NCBI GenBank assembly: GCA_051294375.1
Contig: JBJCIZ010001303.1
Span: forward strand, 1 to 11,851
Direction of reading: 5' to 3'
From: Paraspadella gotoi
Lineage: Eukaryota; Animalia; Chaetognatha
Length of the DNA: 11,851 nucleotides
This document shows, one piece after another, positions 9,039 through 11,851 of the stretch. Each line of letters begins with the position of its first letter. Within the stretch, counting starts at the first letter, position 1. A program made the translations under genes and the position numbers. A model generated the notes under the pieces. That model saw nothing but the letters and a program-made list of their open reading frames with translations, made no database searches and was not told the DNA's origin.

Positions 9039-9683
9039 ATAGCCTAATTTTTTCCTTTTTTTTTTGGTTTCTCCCGAAATTCGAGTAAATTTAGCGACGA
9101 AGACTCGACGACGAATTGCATTGTCGCCGACGCCATTTTTGCCTTGCCCCCACCCCCCTCCCACCTCGGCTTCTCCTCCCACCACCCCCCTAAAACGCCC
9201 CCGCTCCCCCCCTTCTCCCTGATTCTTAATGGTCCCCGTCATCAATTTCTTTCTTTTTTTATTTAGAAAAAAAAAAAAAAAAGGATATTTTTCTGTGAAT
9301 GACGACGACGACTGCGACAGATGCAAACGACAAATGCACCCGCGCGACAGATGTAACCAACCGACAGTCGCAATCCCGGGCTTTGATTTATGAGTCACAT
9401 CGGAGTCGCGCTGAAGGAGGCGGTTGGGTGGAAAGGGGGGAGGGTGGAAGAGGATTGGGAGAGTGGGGTATGGAAGGGGTCGAGATTAGAATTAGGGAAT
9501 AAGATAGGAAAAGTGGAATCAGATTTTATTAAGTTTTTGGGGATAGAAGTTGAATGGGAGTTGAAGATGAGGTGAGTGAATGAGGATCACTCGTGGGAGG
9601 AAATGAAAATGATAGTTGAACGGAGCGACCAACGGGGAAAAGAAATGTAGGAAATGTTAAGTATATCGATGTTTTACGTTCTC

Positions 9684-9703
9684 AGAGAGAAGAGAGAAGA
9701 GAG

Positions 9704-9759
<56 letters not shown>
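9684..9759 (+). repeat. (AG)n microsatellite
   Basis: Near-perfect AG repeat. Confidence 0.96.
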
Positions 9760-9763
<4 letters not shown>

Positions 9764-10271
9764 ATGTTATAAGTTGAGTTCGACCCCGGTTATCACTAAG
9801 GAATCAAGTGAAATTGAATGAAGACTCGTAAGGTTCCATTGAAACCGACGCAAAAAAAAAAACCCCGGCTTAATCAACGTTCGAAAAAAAAATAAACTTT
9901 CCATCGACAGAGTTGTGATAATTTACAAAGTTATCTCGCGATCACGGACGATACGAAAAAAAAAAACATTCGCTGAATTATTCAGCAAAAAAAAACTCGT
10001 TCGCTTCGATTTTTCAATGAAAAAACTGTAAAGAAGGAGAAAAAAAAAAAATTTCCTCGACGCGAAACTCCGGATGAATTTTTTTTTTAAATTTTTCCAA
10101 ACGATTGAATCCCAAAAAAATTTTCTTTCCCGTCGCGAAATTGGAATAAATTAAGTCGCGTTAATCGGCTCCCGCTGTAATTAGTTTTTCATCGACCGAT
10201 CGTTAAAAACTTCGCCTCGATTTTTTCTTTTTTTTTTCATGGTTGACGTTCATCGTGTGGATGTCGCGAGA

Positions 10272-10581
10272 GACATCTTCATTAAGATCATCGTCGTCTT
10301 CATCGTCGTCGTTTTTTGTAATCATCATCATCGTAATCATTCATCATCATCTATCATCATCATCATCATCATCATTATCATCATCATCACACTCATCATC
10401 TTTGTCTTTATCATCATCGTCAATCATCAAGGTCAGCATTTAACCATTTTGCATATTATTATTGATCTCTATATCATCATCATCAATCATCATCATCATC
10501 ATCGTCGTCGTCGTTGATCCTCATCATCGCCTCAGAAGCCATCTTCAGGACATCTTCATTAAGATCTTCATCGTCGTCGTT
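10272..10581. repeat. Degenerate (CAT/CGT)n tract bounded by direct repeats
   Basis: CAT/CGT triplet runs. GACATCTTCATTAAGATC at 10272-10289 and 10549-10566, each followed by TTCATCGTCGTCGTT; the first copy has 9 extra bp between the two parts. Confidence 0.9.
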
Positions 10582-10827
10582 ACGAAAGAATTAGATAATA
10601 AAGAAGGAAAAAGACAAAAGGGAAAAGAAAACTCACTTTTTTTTTACTTATTCAATGAAAAAAAAAAGGAAAGGAAGATTTTTCTCATATTTTTATTTTA
10701 GTTTATGTATGTATATTCTTTTTTATGAATACCCACAGACGATCGGTTAATGTAAGTTTAAATAAGTGACATAAGTTTAAATAGTTTACAAAAATGGTAA
10801 TAAATAAACGCAACAGTAACATGGTTT

Positions 10828-10885
10828 ATCATCATCATCATAATCATCATCATTCATATATCATCTTTATCGTCATTATCTTCAT
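10828..10885 (+). repeat. Short degenerate (CAT)n tract
   Basis: atcatcatcatcataatcatcatcat and further degenerate triplets. Confidence 0.8.
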
Positions 10886-11290
10886 TCCACTTTAAAAAAA
10901 AACATTTTTCCCCGCTTCAAAAGTTCCTCTTTTTCTTCGATGAAAACAAAATAGAAAAGTAAGAAGTGAAAAAAGGTTCCTAACTTTGTTAACAGGATTA
11001 AATCGGCTTAGAGCGAAAGGAAAAGACAAAAAGCCACAAGAAAGAAGAAAGCATCTTACTCACTTACTCACTCTCCCATTTCACTCACTCACAACCCAAA
11101 TGGAGAAAAGAAAAACATTCCTCGAGGGATAAAAAGTCTTACGTTGACCAAATAACACGATTTTTTTCATTTTTGTTGGGTAAATAATTCATTCGTAAAT
11201 GTTTTAGGGAAAAGAGGGAAGAAAAACATTTTAAATTTTTTGGTAAAAGTTGAAGAATGAAATAAAAGATAAGGATAAAAAAGAGAGAGG

Positions 11291-11348
11291 AAGACAGAAG
11301 ATGAAGGCGAAGAAATAAGACAGAAGATAGAAGACAGAAGACAGAAGA
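11291..11348 (+). repeat. Degenerate (AAGACAG)n repeat within an A/G-rich tract
   Basis: aagacagaag recurs four times, with an aagatag variant. Confidence 0.7.
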
Positions 11349-11514
11349 AGGAAAAAAAAGAACCTAAGAAAATATAGAAATAAAAAACAGCGAAGACAGA
11401 AAAGAGAAAATTAATTGAAACAGAACATTATAAGGAAAAGACAATCCAATAAAATCGTTGGATGACAGAACTCATGCGAACATTACGAAAAGAATGTATA
11501 TGTACAATTGTACA

Positions 11515-11851
11515 TGTAATGAACATGGCGGGCACCTGGCACACTGCGGGCACCCGATGGGCACCATGAAAGTAGAGGGCACACAGCCGGGAACCCAGTC
11601 AACGGCGAAATCGGCAGGCATCCAGCGAGCACCAGCCACCCGGTGCCCACCCAGTCGGGCACCCAATCAACGGTGATATCAGCGGCCAGAACTCCTTTAC
11701 GTGCGAACCACGCGCGTAATGAACTAGCGCGTGCACGTACTCACGTGCGCGCGCGTTCCCGACGCGAAGAGAGAAGAACGAAAATCCGGAAATCACATTA
11801 GTACGCGTTGCCTGAGAGGAGAACTCAAGTGGAAACCTAGCAATTACTGCG
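11515..11851. mobile_element. Possible terminus of a transposable element (LTR-like), running out of the window
   Basis: Abrupt shift from A-rich low complexity to GC-rich complex sequence starting TGTAATG, with clustered GGGCAC motifs and a hairpin. No second terminus, TSD or coding domain is visible. Confidence 0.35.

Noticed and set aside
9664-9671. DRE motif (TATCGATA)
   Set aside because: Only 7/8 match (TATCGATG), isolated and expected by chance.
9776-9790. B-box-like GAGTTCGACCCC (and GGTTCGTGACC at ~6663) as tRNA or SINE heads
   Set aside because: No A box at suitable spacing and no cloverleaf stems.
338-10581. Large inverted repeat formed by the GAT tract (338-484) and the CAT tract (10272-10581)
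   Set aside because: Complementarity is limited to the triplet motif and a 10-bp match (474-483 vs 10538-10547) that is not collinear within the tracts; the flanks do not match.
10753-10783. Short direct repeats TAAGTTTAAATA x2 (also ATTTCACACTT at 3124/3164) as target-site duplications
   Set aside because: The enclosed sequence is tiny and featureless; local slippage in AT-rich DNA explains them.
39-11796. All ORFs in the supplied track as genes
   Set aside because: They are short and mostly translations of microsatellites or homopolymers (poly-F/K/LS/RE/H/I), many start at non-ATG codons, and none has a recognisable domain.
11515-11851. rRNA or ETS fragment
   Set aside because: I recognise no conserved rRNA motif on either strand.

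Overview
Eukaryotic, AT-rich, essentially non-coding DNA (intergenic or large intron) with abundant CpG and dense simple repeats: (GAT/CAT)n, (CT/GA)n, (GTC)n, poly(A/T) and G-tract repeats. The organism cannot be named from the sequence. I recognise no protein family, rRNA, tRNA or CRISPR array, and most supplied ORFs are translations of low-complexity tracts. The clearest structured feature is a ~77-bp tandem array (1857-2226) whose copies differ mostly by 1-bp indels, suggesting error-prone long-read sequence, so frameshifts and stops elsewhere may be artefacts. Worth follow-up: a possible transposable-element end from ~11515 (TG start, GGGCAC motif cluster, strong hairpin), four pyrimidine-arm/CpG-core/purine-arm modules, two possible cryptic minus-strand acidic coding segments, and a promoter-like motif cluster at 8.3-8.5 kb. 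I found no convincing evidence of a new biological system; the findings are hypotheses.
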